NCBI GenBank assembly: GCA_044440125.1
Contig: JBITAJ010000022.1
Span: 32,001-96,000, forward strand
Length of the DNA: 64,000 bases
Source: Sedimentisphaeraceae bacterium JB056
GTDB taxonomy: Bacteria; Planctomycetota; Phycisphaerae; Sedimentisphaerales; Sedimentisphaeraceae
Direction: 5' to 3'
A model generated the notes under the pieces. That model saw nothing but the letters and a program-made list of their open reading frames with translations, was not told the origin of the DNA and did no database searches. The translations under genes and the position numbers were made by a program. This document shows, in pieces, positions 41,595 through 52,309 of this stretch (positions within the stretch are counted from its first letter, which is position 1; every line of letters starts with the position of its first letter).

Positions 41595-41632
41595 AAAAAA
41601 AGCTTTTAAGCACAATGCTTAAAAGCTTTTTT
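41595..41632. terminator. Bidirectional intrinsic terminator after tRNA-Phe
   Basis: AAAAAAAGCTTTTAAGCA-CAA-TGCTTAAAAGCTTTTTTT perfect inverted repeat. Confidence 0.85.
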
Positions 41633-41654
41633 TGTTTTAAATATTAAAGCGGCC

Positions 41655-43607
41655 TTAACGTTTTCTTTCGTTAGAATAAAGCGGCTTATCGCCCAAAGGC
41701 CACGTCAAGCTATCCGTTTTGTTTTCCCATCGCAACAAAACTCTTTTTACATCATCGGTTTCTTCAAAAATCACATCAGGCTTGAATGCGGACTCCGTAG
41801 GCACAAGAATTACAATAAAATGCGGATTAACCGCTTTCCTGTATATTCCCAATCGTGAAAATGTGGACGGTTTTCGACCATCGTCAGGAGTATATTTGCC
41901 ATCTTTAATTACCACATCAGATAAATCATCTACAAAAACATGCATCTTCACCTGCCCTGAATCTTTTTTTGGCACAGCCATTACATAGTTATCCTTAATC
42001 TTGAATTCAAGATCAGGCCAACTCAACATCTGCCAACAGTAATCATGCGGCAGGCCGTCTTTTTCAACATCGTCAAGAATAACGGCATAAGCAGGATTAT
42101 CTTCCGTCGGACGTATAAAGAAAACGTGTCTTAACGCCTTTTTAACTGGCGTACCTTCCATCCCTCTGTCATTAGCATTATATGCATCACTGCAGTCTGC
42201 AAGAGCATAGCCGTATTCAGCTTCACTGATATAATCAAGAATTTTTCCGCTTGTCCCCAGACCGGCTCCGCTCAACGCCTGCCCCTTACCATCTATAAGA
42301 ACACAGTTATGTGCCGCTGTCTGAGCTCTGCCCTCAGGTTCACGGTTGTTTCCATATCCAGGATCACATGCCCATTTACGGCCATAACCGTAAAGAGTAA
42401 AGTGCCCCTTGTCTGCCTGATTATGAGTTACATTATAATAAGGGCCTGCTTCAATCGAAAACATAACATCGTCTTTTTCCCAACCGGTTCTCCAAACACA
42501 AAGCCCTCTGCCTTCAAAATGACTGCTAAGCGGAACATTGGCCTTGACCGGATCCAGCGGCAAAGTATCGTTGTCCCATACTATTTTCTGCCAAAACTTG
42601 ACACTTGCCGTATTATCAGAGAGCCATTTCGCCAATGAGTTACGATTATATTTAGCCAAAGCAAGCATTTGAGCTCGAATGCCGCCATAATTTGAGTCAT
42701 TCCTCGCTTCATAGACATTTTCACCGGGCAAAAGTGAGAGCGCATAAAATTGTGGAAGTTTTTCAAGAACAGGATGCCTGAAATAGTCAATGCCTTTGCA
42801 ATTATTCATAGCAGCAAGAAACAACAGGCTATTATCAAGACCATAAGATGTATATCCCACGCCCTCAAGATATGCACCCTGCTTATCAAATCCATTATCC
42901 AGCCATCTGTTAACAATCTCTACGGCATCTTTCTGCCATTTCTGGGAATATTTGGGATACTCATTCTCTATTGCCAGAGCAACCAACCCAACCGCTCCGC
43001 CCGTAACACCATTCCAATTATGGTACTTATACCAGCCCGTTTCTGGATTCTGAGCATTGGAAACAGCGTCTGAAATATAAGGCTTTGCTGTATAGAATAT
43101 AATTTTCCTTTCAGATGGCGTCAGTTGTTCATAGAACAAAGCATAACTAAAACCAAGAGCCCTTATCATATCCCCTTTACCGCCCGGTAAATTAGCAGAC
43201 ATGATTTCACCTTCCAGCGGCAGCTTTTCACAAGCTGAAAGTATAAGCTTTATTCCATGACGCGAGAATTGCTCATCATGGGTAAAATGATACGCAAAAC
43301 CTAACACCTCGATTTGGCGATGAAGCCGTCGGCAGATAAGACTGCCTTTAGTAGCCGCAGCCTGCTGCTCAAAACCTTTATCTATTTCTGCTGGATCAGC
43401 GAAACCGGGCGAGTCTGGGTCGCAAAGAGCCAATGCTTCTGCATGGAACTCTTTCCACTGATCTTCAAACTCCGAAGAATTCAATTTAGCTCGAATCTGT
43501 TGGAAGCTCAATTTACCTGCAAACATCTCAAAACCTGCGGCTTTGATTGCTGCAGAAAAAAACATAGAGACGATACTCATTGCAACTAACACTTTATACA
43601 TACACAA
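41655..43607 (-). CDS. Heparinase II/III-like polysaccharide lyase, exported
   Basis: HNWNGV, GAYLEGVGY, WRTGW, HNQADKGHF, DPGY, AHNCVLIDGKGQ. Confidence 0.82.
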   Translation of the reverse strand: MCMYKVLVAMSIVSMFFSAAIKAAGFEMFAGKLSFQQIRAKLNSSEFEDQWKEFHAEALALCDPDSPGFADPAEIDKGFEQQAAATKGSLICRRLHRQIEVLGFAYHFTHDEQFSRHGIKLILSACEKLPLEGEIMSANLPGGKGDMIRALGFSYALFYEQLTPSERKIIFYTAKPYISDAVSNAQNPETGWYKYHNWNGVTGGAVGLVALAIENEYPKYSQKWQKDAVEIVNRWLDNGFDKQGAYLEGVGYTSYGLDNSLLFLAAMNNCKGIDYFRHPVLEKLPQFYALSLLPGENVYEARNDSNYGGIRAQMLALAKYNRNSLAKWLSDNTASVKFWQKIVWDNDTLPLDPVKANVPLSSHFEGRGLCVWRTGWEKDDVMFSIEAGPYYNVTHNQADKGHFTLYGYGRKWACDPGYGNNREPEGRAQTAAHNCVLIDGKGQALSGAGLGTSGKILDYISEAEYGYALADCSDAYNANDRGMEGTPVKKALRHVFFIRPTEDNPAYAVILDDVEKDGLPHDYCWQMLSWPDLEFKIKDNYVMAVPKKDSGQVKMHVFVDDLSDVVIKDGKYTPDDGRKPSTFSRLGIYRKAVNPHFIVILVPTESAFKPDVIFEETDDVKRVLLRWENKTDSLTWPLGDKPLYSNERKR

Positions 43608-43661
43608 ACTTTCAAATATATTTAAGCAAAAAGTATATCAAAACAATAGCTCACCTATTTA

Positions 43662-45464
43662 TCATTCTCCTTTAATACCAAGCATAACGTTTTTACCATT
43701 AAAATCAAATTTCACTTTGCCACTGCCCCATGAAGAATAAGCATAAGGGCTTGCAAAACTGGGGTAGTCAAGATCAAGAGCCTTGCCGTTAAGCTCCCGT
43801 TTACCCTTAGTATTTATGGACAGCGTCCCTTCTGCCTTTGACCGATATGTCAGCTCCATAGATTCCGCGTTAAATGAGATAGTATTTTTTAAGACCTCAT
43901 CAATAAAGCCATTAAATGTCATATCATCAAGTGCTCGAGTTTCGCAGATCAAAGCATGTTTATTCCCATTGGAAACTACTTCGAGCCCGGCATATTTACC
44001 ATCTTCAACCCAATGATAAGGTGCTGAGAATTTCAAGGCTACCGCACTATCGGCAAACCTACCGAACAGCCAACCTTTTTTCTCGACAACTTCATCGAAT
44101 AGTTTTCGAGGAAAATACGCATGTATCATTTGATAGTGCATTTCCTTGGGTATCTCATAAAGTGCAACAAGAACATTCTCCTGCTGAAAGAAGTGGCCTG
44201 TACTTCCTGCCCAGTAGTTGCCCATATTTTGATCTGATGCATGGCTTGGATGATTGGCGAAAACCCTGAGTGAAGTGCCTCCGCCGGTAAAGGACAAGTC
44301 CCAATGCTGCTGTTGATGATTCGCATACCACGCACACTCATGCCCCTTTGGATACTCATCCTGAAACTGTACACACCCCATTACATAGCCGGGAGAAACA
44401 TAGGTATACTTTCGTATACTACCATCCAACGGCTTGTAAGGTCGTGCATCCACCACATTATGCAGGTGCTTTCTCTCACGATTCACATAAGCAGGACGCT
44501 TGCTGTTAGCAAACTCCACCAGTAATTCAGGAGCCCTGTATTCACTTCCGTAAACAACTGCACATCGCATGCCTTTAGGCATGCAATTCCCAAAATAAAG
44601 ATAATTCAGAGCATAAGCATTGGAACGCCTATGGTCAAAAGATGACTTTATGGAGCTCCTGCCATGCGCACCACCGTATATACCATCAACAGAATTAAGA
44701 GCCAGCCCCAAAAGAATCAAATCCATATTAGCCTTTGCAAGCTGCCGTATCTCAGAACTTGGCGCATAATCATAAAGATTTACCAAACACTCCCAATCCG
44801 CTATCATATAAACAGTACTGTCAAATTCACCCCAGCCTTTTTCAGCTCTGAATGTAAGAAAATCCTTCAGCCAATACTCATCCTTAATTTTCAACGCAAT
44901 TGCTTCATCGCGATACGCGTTGAACCTGACACGAAAAACTCCTCCTTTTGATGGATCACCAAGAATAGATGCCATCAGATAACGACTGCTTCTAAATAGC
45001 AGATAATGATTTTCCGATGGAAATATGCTTTTGTAGTCATACTCTGTAAAGAAGTTTTCAATTGCAGTTTTGGTCTCGGGATACAGATTCTTACTCTCAT
45101 GGGTTAGATAGTAAACACGGCAAAGTAAAGCCGCAGCAAAATCCGGTTCGCCGTCAAGCATTCTGCCGTGAGGATGCGGCCTATCGAACCAACTGGCAAC
45201 CGACAGCAAAACCTCATTCGCCTTATCCAAATCCTGTCCGGCAATGATGCGCATTGCGGCCCCCTTGCCGTAAACATCCTGCTCTATAGTCTGCACAGTC
45301 CCGCTCAGTTCATCTCCAATAAGCTGCTCCATCCTCTGTTCGTATGAACCCTTCGAACTTTCTGTCTTTGAATCATTTTGCCCCCCGAAAACATGGCCAT
45401 TTAATAGCCCGATTACTAACAACAACATAAAACAACTGCGTTTATTTGCAATAACTGTAACCAT
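43662..45464 (-). CDS. Exported uncharacterized protein, toroid-lyase-like
   Basis: Signal peptide; SENH, GEFDSTVY, GIYGGAHGRS, YTYVSPGYVMG; distant relative of the three paralogues at 48-59 kb. Confidence 0.7.
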   Translation of the reverse strand: MVTVIANKRSCFMLLLVIGLLNGHVFGGQNDSKTESSKGSYEQRMEQLIGDELSGTVQTIEQDVYGKGAAMRIIAGQDLDKANEVLLSVASWFDRPHPHGRMLDGEPDFAAALLCRVYYLTHESKNLYPETKTAIENFFTEYDYKSIFPSENHYLLFRSSRYLMASILGDPSKGGVFRVRFNAYRDEAIALKIKDEYWLKDFLTFRAEKGWGEFDSTVYMIADWECLVNLYDYAPSSEIRQLAKANMDLILLGLALNSVDGIYGGAHGRSSIKSSFDHRRSNAYALNYLYFGNCMPKGMRCAVVYGSEYRAPELLVEFANSKRPAYVNRERKHLHNVVDARPYKPLDGSIRKYTYVSPGYVMGCVQFQDEYPKGHECAWYANHQQQHWDLSFTGGGTSLRVFANHPSHASDQNMGNYWAGSTGHFFQQENVLVALYEIPKEMHYQMIHAYFPRKLFDEVVEKKGWLFGRFADSAVALKFSAPYHWVEDGKYAGLEVVSNGNKHALICETRALDDMTFNGFIDEVLKNTISFNAESMELTYRSKAEGTLSINTKGKRELNGKALDLDYPSFASPYAYSSWGSGKVKFDFNGKNVMLGIKGE

Positions 45465-45505
45465 AATTCACCTAAAAATTTTAATATGTTAAAAAAAACG
45501 AACGA

Positions 45506-47035
45506 TCAGGAACAATATCGCATATATTTATTTAAATGCGAGATAAGCTCGTTACACATCTGATCTCTTATAGCTGAATGATTCTCATCAGAATATAAAT
45601 TATTCCATTCCTGATTGTCAACGGCTATATGATAAAACTCACCCTCAATAATATCCTCAAGTTTAAAACCGTATATATTAGTACAGTTGGGAACTGTAAC
45701 AATCAATTTGTAATCCTTTTTGCGCCACATATATGACTTAGTGTTCGGATTTTCATGAAATTCACAAAATGCTGCTTCCCTTTCAATATCACCAAGCAAA
45801 TCATTACCCATCAATTTAGAGGAAGCAGTCTCTCCGGCAGCATTAAGTATTGTAGGGTAAATATCAACTAATTCCACCGGTCTATGATCTCGGCCACCCT
45901 TCAATGCCTTTTCAACAACCGTACCACCTATAATGACCGGCACACGAACACTTGATTCATATAAACAATACTTATTGAATCTGTAGTACCGTTCGCCAAG
46001 CATCTCACCATGATCTGAAATATATACAATCAGACAATTATCAAGTATCCCTTTTGATTCCAGCTTATCCATAACCCTGCCAAACATGCTGTCAATCCAG
46101 GAACAATTAGCACGATAACGAAGTATCATTTGCTGCCAAAGTTTCTTATCCGCCTTGCTCCAAAAATCGATGTACATATCATCACGATTGAAACCACTGG
46201 CATGACATGGTTCGACCATGTCCTTCTCAGGCTGCGGCGGAACCGGCATATTTTCAATATTATATAATCCCTCAAAGCCTTCCGGTACATTATGGCCGGC
46301 ATGAGGAGCTAAGAATGACAGGTAAAGAAACAGAGGCCTATCCTCGTCAATCCCATTATCAATAAACTTAAGGCACTGGTTAAAAACCCACCCATCACGA
46401 TGATCTTCTTCTTTAACCTTACTTGTACAACCAATGTACCCCTTGATACCTTCGCCACCTGCTCCATAATCCTTCACCTCTTCACGATACCTTGCAAGAC
46501 CGTCAGGATTTGCATCCCCCATCATTATCGCGTTCTTCTCATACAAAATACTATCACGAGGCTGACCGACATATCTCACCTCAAAACCTCGAGTTGAGCA
46601 ACCTTTGTCACACCAATGCGTCTTTCCGAAACCTGCTGTTTGGTATCCTGCTTTGCTCAATGCCTGAGCTATCGTATCAGAGGGCAAATTATAATCAGGA
46701 ACATATTGATCATTTCTCTGAACACCTATCTGTGTTGGGTATAGACCAAGCATCAATGAGTAGCGGCTGGGAACACACATTGGAGCCTGACATACTGCCT
46801 GATCAAATATAACTCCATCTTCTGCAACCTTATCTAACGCAGGAGTCTTAACTCCTGGATTGATTTTGCCAACATAATCCCATCTTTGCTGATCACTCAT
46901 AAGAAATATTATATTGGGACGCTGCCTCCGCACATCTCTTTTCTTGTAGCCCCCATAAGAAGCTTGCAGTAAGACATTCAAGTATGTTGTTGTAACCAAC
47001 GTTTGTTTAATAAAATCGCGTCTGTTGTTCTTCAT
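45506..47035 (-). CDS. Formylglycine-dependent sulfatase (S1), Tat-exported
   Basis: NRRDFIK Tat motif, PNIIFLMSDQ, CVPSR, GKTH, SDHGEMLGE. Confidence 0.92.
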   Translation of the reverse strand: MKNNRRDFIKQTLVTTTYLNVLLQASYGGYKKRDVRRQRPNIIFLMSDQQRWDYVGKINPGVKTPALDKVAEDGVIFDQAVCQAPMCVPSRYSLMLGLYPTQIGVQRNDQYVPDYNLPSDTIAQALSKAGYQTAGFGKTHWCDKGCSTRGFEVRYVGQPRDSILYEKNAIMMGDANPDGLARYREEVKDYGAGGEGIKGYIGCTSKVKEEDHRDGWVFNQCLKFIDNGIDEDRPLFLYLSFLAPHAGHNVPEGFEGLYNIENMPVPPQPEKDMVEPCHASGFNRDDMYIDFWSKADKKLWQQMILRYRANCSWIDSMFGRVMDKLESKGILDNCLIVYISDHGEMLGERYYRFNKYCLYESSVRVPVIIGGTVVEKALKGGRDHRPVELVDIYPTILNAAGETASSKLMGNDLLGDIEREAAFCEFHENPNTKSYMWRKKDYKLIVTVPNCTNIYGFKLEDIIEGEFYHIAVDNQEWNNLYSDENHSAIRDQMCNELISHLNKYMRYCS

Positions 47036-47098
47036 TTATATCCTTTTAACAAGAATAGTAATATCCATAACACCGTAAAATCTATCATAAAAAAGACC

Positions 47099-47443
47099 TT
47101 ACTCTTGAGTCAATTCCTTTATCCGATGTTTCAATAGTAAGTTTTCTTTATATAGTTCCTGCAAATCCTGCCCCATAACATCAACCATATTTTCTTGCAG
47201 ACGGCTCTCCGGGGCTTGCTCAAGTCTTGTGACCAGAATATCTCTCTCTGTTTCGCATTTATCAAGAATTACTTGCATTTGCTCAATACGTTTGGCATGA
47301 ATATGCTCCTGCTGGACTATCTTTTTCTCAAGTCGCGATATTTCAAGCCTAAGGTCATTATCGGAAAGTTCGTTTTGCATAGAGCATCCGCAGAAAAATA
47401 ACGCAAAACAAATAATCAACTTAAAACAACCAGTAAAACTCAT
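47099..47443 (-). CDS. Small coiled-coil lipoprotein
   Basis: FFCGC lipobox-like signal, heptad pattern; co-oriented within the cluster. Confidence 0.6.
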   Translation of the reverse strand: MSFTGCFKLIICFALFFCGCSMQNELSDNDLRLEISRLEKKIVQQEHIHAKRIEQMQVILDKCETERDILVTRLEQAPESRLQENMVDVMGQDLQELYKENLLLKHRIKELTQE

Positions 47444-47476
47444 ATTAAGAATCCCATTCTAATATAAAAGAAATGA

Positions 47477-47514
47477 AATAGCATCACGATTATCATACAA
47501 ACCGTGATGCTATT
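47477..47514 (-). terminator. Intra-cluster stem-loop or terminator
   Basis: AATAGCATCACG...CGTGATGCTATT 12-bp inverted repeat just after the stop at 47522. Confidence 0.6.
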
Positions 47515-47521
47515 AAAATAC

Positions 47522-48319
47522 CTATGGTGTAGCCTCATCTACAGAACTGGCAATACGTACGTTGTCGAATATGGCAACCAAATTATTATCTGATTCGCCA
47601 CGATATAAGCCGCATCTTATCATCCAGTCGTCAGTTACAACTCCCTGAGGCTCACAGCCCCAATCGTGATTCCAGTCGACAAGAAGATTCCCATCATACC
47701 ACACTTTCACATTACCGGTTCCCGTCATTTGATTGTGATTTGGGGCCAGCCTAAAAACGAAAGTATGCCAATACCCCTTAGATATCTCAGTACTGGGGAT
47801 AAGAGCGTACGCCCCTGCATCATCTCTGCCTGTTATATGAAACCTTAGAACTGTATCGGTTTCCAATGTACAGTGAAGAGGTACTCCACAGCCCATACCG
47901 GAATTAGCCTGCCACGCCTGCATAAAATGCACGGGTACATCAAGCGGCCAGTCAGAGCTGCTGTTGTTTATGCACATCGCAAAACCAAAATAGCGAATCT
48001 TCCCAAACTTAAGTGCATAAGAATCCGTCATATGACAAGCTGTTATCTCCGTCCTGTCCTTATAATTGTCACTGTCGGGGTAAAGACGCATACCAAGTGC
48101 ATAATTACCGTCGTAATACGATGATCCCGTTATCCAAGGACAGTTATAATCATCACCTTCGAGTTCAAGGTTAAAATATTGAGAATCATCATATAACTGT
48201 GAAGTCCCACAATAAACGATCGCATTTTCTAAATCAATATTTGCCCATGTTAATGCGTAAACCGAAACAGAAAAATAAGATATGGTCAGGCAAACTATTA
48301 TAAATTTCAACATTTTCAT
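47522..48319 (-). CDS. Exported beta-jelly-roll polysaccharide lyase-like protein
   Basis: Signal peptide; KDRTEI, RYFGFAM, FMQAWQ, WHTF, VKVWYDG, RCGLYR, FDNVRI. Confidence 0.72.
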   Translation of the reverse strand: MKMLKFIIVCLTISYFSVSVYALTWANIDLENAIVYCGTSQLYDDSQYFNLELEGDDYNCPWITGSSYYDGNYALGMRLYPDSDNYKDRTEITACHMTDSYALKFGKIRYFGFAMCINNSSSDWPLDVPVHFMQAWQANSGMGCGVPLHCTLETDTVLRFHITGRDDAGAYALIPSTEISKGYWHTFVFRLAPNHNQMTGTGNVKVWYDGNLLVDWNHDWGCEPQGVVTDDWMIRCGLYRGESDNNLVAIFDNVRIASSVDEATP

Positions 48320-48400
48320 TTCAAAACACTCCTTAATTAATAATTCACTTACAGTACATATACGTTATAATAGGCTATTTATAAACTTCAAAACCTCCTT

Positions 48401-50389
48401 TCATTGATAGATTAATGATTCCCGGTTTTCAGGATCTGTTGACTGGAGCCATTGAGAAGCAATTTGAGCAAAATCTGCTATATTCACATAGCAATCACGA
48501 TTAATATCTGCCGGATAAACAGAATTGCAATACCCCATATCAACTAACAGTTCGTTTCCATACTGATCGGCTATCTTGACATCATTACTGCCGGAAACAG
48601 CCTGAATATAAGGAGAATCATATGTCAGTGCAAGATCAAGTACAACCTCTGAATAATTGATTTCCGGCAAACGAGCATCATTATACATGCTCAAAGTATC
48701 ACCATAACTGTTTGTATAACTCAGCCTATCACCTGTTTGTGACCAAACTAAAAAGTTATCTAAAATATCGTTTTTGAAAGCCTGAAAATCTGTATAATCA
48801 GATGCTTTCCTGACATCCAAAACCGCATAAGCATCAAGATTACCGACACTCACAAAATCTCCGGAGGCATCTGGATCATATCTGAAAGAATATCCGGCCC
48901 CTTCTGTCTGATGAAATGCTCCGGCAGCAAGATAAACACTTCCATCACTATTTTGAGAAAAGAGCCAGCCTGAATCATCATAATTATAACCAAACGCTGC
49001 AGAAAAGAAAAACTGCAATCGTCGCGGCTGACCATCTGAGTTAACGTCGGATATATTAATATTTCGTCTTATGATCGCCGCTCCCTTACAACCAACAGCC
49101 TGCAAGTCCTGATAGCCGGTACGAAGGTCTGAGCCTCTCGGCTCTCCCTGAACATATACCCTGCTTGAATAATCATCAGAGCCTATAATTCCCATCCAAT
49201 GGTTCTGGTTTGTTATTTGGGTATAACCGATTGATTCATCTAATGTAAAAGTGCCTAAAGTAAACTCAGGAGTCACATATGTATATCGTTTTATCGCCGA
49301 AGGGAACTCTACTGTATACCATAATTCTCCGCCTTCAGGATGCACCCAACTGCCGCGACCCGGCCTTGAACTTGTATACTCAAAATCTCCTCTTTCATCT
49401 GTATCAGTGAATAGATTCAACGATATCGCTGGCAACCTGTAATCAGTAATACAAGCAGGTATCAAATCAAATGGACTATTACCGCTTGTAAAAGTGTTAT
49501 GATCGGGCAATCCACTGAAAAGCCAGTTATAATAACTCAGCTTATCGGAAATGAAATAGTATGAAGACCTATCCTTATAACTCCTGACCTTTGCCCCGCC
49601 TCTTATTCCATTAAGTGTTTCGATTGCTACATCAGTAAAGTAAAGATCAAGATATTTCGATACCTGCTGACGTAATGTATCAGAATCTGTGCATTGCATT
49701 ATGGTAAAAGCCGCCATAAGATAAAGCCCTGAATATGTAGGTGAACCAAATTCAACCTGAATTCCTCTGGTGCCCGCCTGACGGAAATATTCGGGCAGAA
49801 ATTCCGTCAAAACATCATAATGCTGCTGCAGTGTCGAACCATCATCATAAAGCACTCCCTGCCATTGCGGATCATCCTTGAGAAGCATAGAAGTACAGTA
49901 ATAAACAGCCTTGCGAACAATATTATGATTATCACTCAGGTGCAGTCTCCAGATATTCGTTTCTATTGGAGATATATCAGCCAATAAATCATACTCTTTG
50001 CTGTAATCAAACAACATTGTCTTCAAAGCGTATTCAGCATCTTCAGTAAGGTACTGATTCAAAAGCGGATCACAACCTATCATGCTTAGATGAGGAAGCA
50101 TCCAATACGTACCGCCGATTTCGTCATCAACTTCCCAGCCTTGCTGCGTGTCAATAATAAGCTGATTAGCCTGATCTATATCGCCTTGTGTTATTTCGGG
50201 AAATCCCCTGCCTGCCAAAGCAAATATGCAATACGCACGCACCACATTGCCGCGAGGCTCTACAGGCGGATACTTCTGCGTATTGAAATGATACATCATG
50301 GTCGTATTCTGACGATCATAAACATCATCAGCTGATACTGCAGAATACCAAAGGCTCAGTATCAAAATAGCATGAATCATATGTTTCAT
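48401..50389 (-). CDS. Exported uncharacterized toroid-lyase-like protein with dockerin-like tail
   Basis: SDNH, EFGSPTY, NGIRGGAKVRSYKD, NQNHWMG; tail ADINRDCYVNIADFAQIASQWL. Confidence 0.75.
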   Translation of the reverse strand: MKHMIHAILILSLWYSAVSADDVYDRQNTTMMYHFNTQKYPPVEPRGNVVRAYCIFALAGRGFPEITQGDIDQANQLIIDTQQGWEVDDEIGGTYWMLPHLSMIGCDPLLNQYLTEDAEYALKTMLFDYSKEYDLLADISPIETNIWRLHLSDNHNIVRKAVYYCTSMLLKDDPQWQGVLYDDGSTLQQHYDVLTEFLPEYFRQAGTRGIQVEFGSPTYSGLYLMAAFTIMQCTDSDTLRQQVSKYLDLYFTDVAIETLNGIRGGAKVRSYKDRSSYYFISDKLSYYNWLFSGLPDHNTFTSGNSPFDLIPACITDYRLPAISLNLFTDTDERGDFEYTSSRPGRGSWVHPEGGELWYTVEFPSAIKRYTYVTPEFTLGTFTLDESIGYTQITNQNHWMGIIGSDDYSSRVYVQGEPRGSDLRTGYQDLQAVGCKGAAIIRRNINISDVNSDGQPRRLQFFFSAAFGYNYDDSGWLFSQNSDGSVYLAAGAFHQTEGAGYSFRYDPDASGDFVSVGNLDAYAVLDVRKASDYTDFQAFKNDILDNFLVWSQTGDRLSYTNSYGDTLSMYNDARLPEINYSEVVLDLALTYDSPYIQAVSGSNDVKIADQYGNELLVDMGYCNSVYPADINRDCYVNIADFAQIASQWLQSTDPENRESLIYQ

Positions 50390-50391
50390 AA

Positions 50392-52278
50392 TTAATAGCC
50401 AAAATCTAATATAAGTTTATTACCGTCAAAATCTTTTACGGTTACTTTATTACTGTCATAGTCGCCATAAATGTATGGACTTTTATACGTCTGATTCGGA
50501 GTAAAATTTAATGGCACATCATCAATGCAGGGTTTCTTCATATCAGCAAACATAGTAAGCTTTGCAGCGTCTCTGGATGGAAAATATTCAAACTGATCAA
50601 AGTTATTTACATACTGCATTTCATTATCACGCATGTCTTTTTTGAAACTTTCGAAATCAGTATAATCTTTAACTCCAGCAACCTCAAAGACTACCATAAC
50701 GCTTGGATTCAGATATTTTACAAACTTACCATCGTAGCCTTCTTTTTCTGCTATTACATATTTAGGCTTTTCAGAAACATCAATACCATTTTCACCGCCT
50801 TCATCCTTAACCGCCGGCTTAATCGCATAATATGTCTTAGAGTTATGCCCGAATATCCACCCGCTTTCCTTGTCTTCTTCCAAACTGAAATCGTTTGATA
50901 CAAATGTAAACAAGAGTTCATCCCCATAAGATGCAAGTTGCCTGCGGATAACCATCGCATTCTTATCGCCAATAGCCATAAGATTACGATAGCTCGCTCT
51001 TCTTGCCATAAGCTCAGGAGAAGTTGTCTGGAAAACAATGCGACTATTCACACTCTCACCCGTAACAACGCCCATCCACTGATTCTGACTGTTTATAAGC
51101 ATATAATGCTTACTCTCATCAATAGCAAACCAGCCAAGTACATAGTCAGGACTGCACCATGAATACCGATATACCGATGATGGATATTCTATCACATACA
51201 TAGGAGCATTATGATATTCATGCTCTGTATAAAGCACATGGTCGCCCTGTCCAAGCCTGCGTGAAATATAGCTGTAGTTGCCTCTTTTTTCCGGCTCAGT
51301 AATAAGATTGTATATCACATCCGGCAATTCATAGTTGCTTGCCGCTATAATTATCGAATCAAAACTGATCCCTTTATTAAGCGTTTCCGGCTGACCTGTC
51401 AACATATAGTTGCAGAACATCAGCTTGTCATTTTCTCCTTTGTAAGTACTCGGGTCTTTATACATCCTGACCTTAGCACCACCGCGAATACCATTTATCG
51501 TCTCCTGAGCGACATCAGCAAAGAAAAGATCTATAAATCTGCGAGTGTACTCCTTGAGCTGCTTATTCTCAATACAATCATACATAGCAAACAACGGCTG
51601 CAGATGTACTCCAGAATAAACCGCACTGCCAAACTCAATATCTATGCCTCTTTGTGCACGATATTTATAATAAGCCATAAAATAATCGACAAATACCTGA
51701 TAATGCCTTTCTGCAGTTGTGCCGTCAGTGTATTTCCTGTCGGCATAGTCGGGGTCATTCTTGAATATTTGAGCGGCTAAAAGAAAAACGCCTTTCTTAT
51801 GCACATCGTGGTTGTCGCTTATATAAACGTTGAGCAAGTCTTCCGGAATATTATCCATTCGCGAGAGATCATCATAAGTATAAACAAAATCCCAAAGTAG
51901 AGCCTTCAATATCTGCTCGGCTCTCTCACTGAGACGGGGTGAAATCTCCGGAGAAGCAAGTATCATAGACAATTGAGGCAAAGCCCAGTAAAGCCCATGA
52001 GAATTTTCACTCTTACTGAAATCATCCACATTATCCTCAAGCAAATCAGCTATAACCTCACTGCACCATTGAGCATCTTCCTCACTTGGGTCAGCGGCAA
52101 GTCCGGCCAGTACGGTATTTATGGTCAACCTGTCGTTATGACCTATTCTTATGGACTTTTTCATTGACCCATAATAGCCCTTTAGCTCTTTATGACATCT
52201 TTGCTGTTTAGTCTCACCAAATGTGGAAACTGTAAATATAAACGAAAATAGAATTAATGAAATCACATATTTATACAT
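50392..52278 (-). CDS. Exported uncharacterized toroid-lyase-like protein (paralogue)
   Basis: SDNH, EFGSAVY, NGIRGGAKVRMYKD, NSQNQWMG; start 52278 or 52305. Confidence 0.75.
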   Translation of the reverse strand: MYKYVISLILFSFIFTVSTFGETKQQRCHKELKGYYGSMKKSIRIGHNDRLTINTVLAGLAADPSEEDAQWCSEVIADLLEDNVDDFSKSENSHGLYWALPQLSMILASPEISPRLSERAEQILKALLWDFVYTYDDLSRMDNIPEDLLNVYISDNHDVHKKGVFLLAAQIFKNDPDYADRKYTDGTTAERHYQVFVDYFMAYYKYRAQRGIDIEFGSAVYSGVHLQPLFAMYDCIENKQLKEYTRRFIDLFFADVAQETINGIRGGAKVRMYKDPSTYKGENDKLMFCNYMLTGQPETLNKGISFDSIIIAASNYELPDVIYNLITEPEKRGNYSYISRRLGQGDHVLYTEHEYHNAPMYVIEYPSSVYRYSWCSPDYVLGWFAIDESKHYMLINSQNQWMGVVTGESVNSRIVFQTTSPELMARRASYRNLMAIGDKNAMVIRRQLASYGDELLFTFVSNDFSLEEDKESGWIFGHNSKTYYAIKPAVKDEGGENGIDVSEKPKYVIAEKEGYDGKFVKYLNPSVMVVFEVAGVKDYTDFESFKKDMRDNEMQYVNNFDQFEYFPSRDAAKLTMFADMKKPCIDDVPLNFTPNQTYKSPYIYGDYDSNKVTVKDFDGNKLILDFGY

Positions 52279-52309
52279 ATCAATCCTGTAATAATTGGCC
52301 ATCATATTA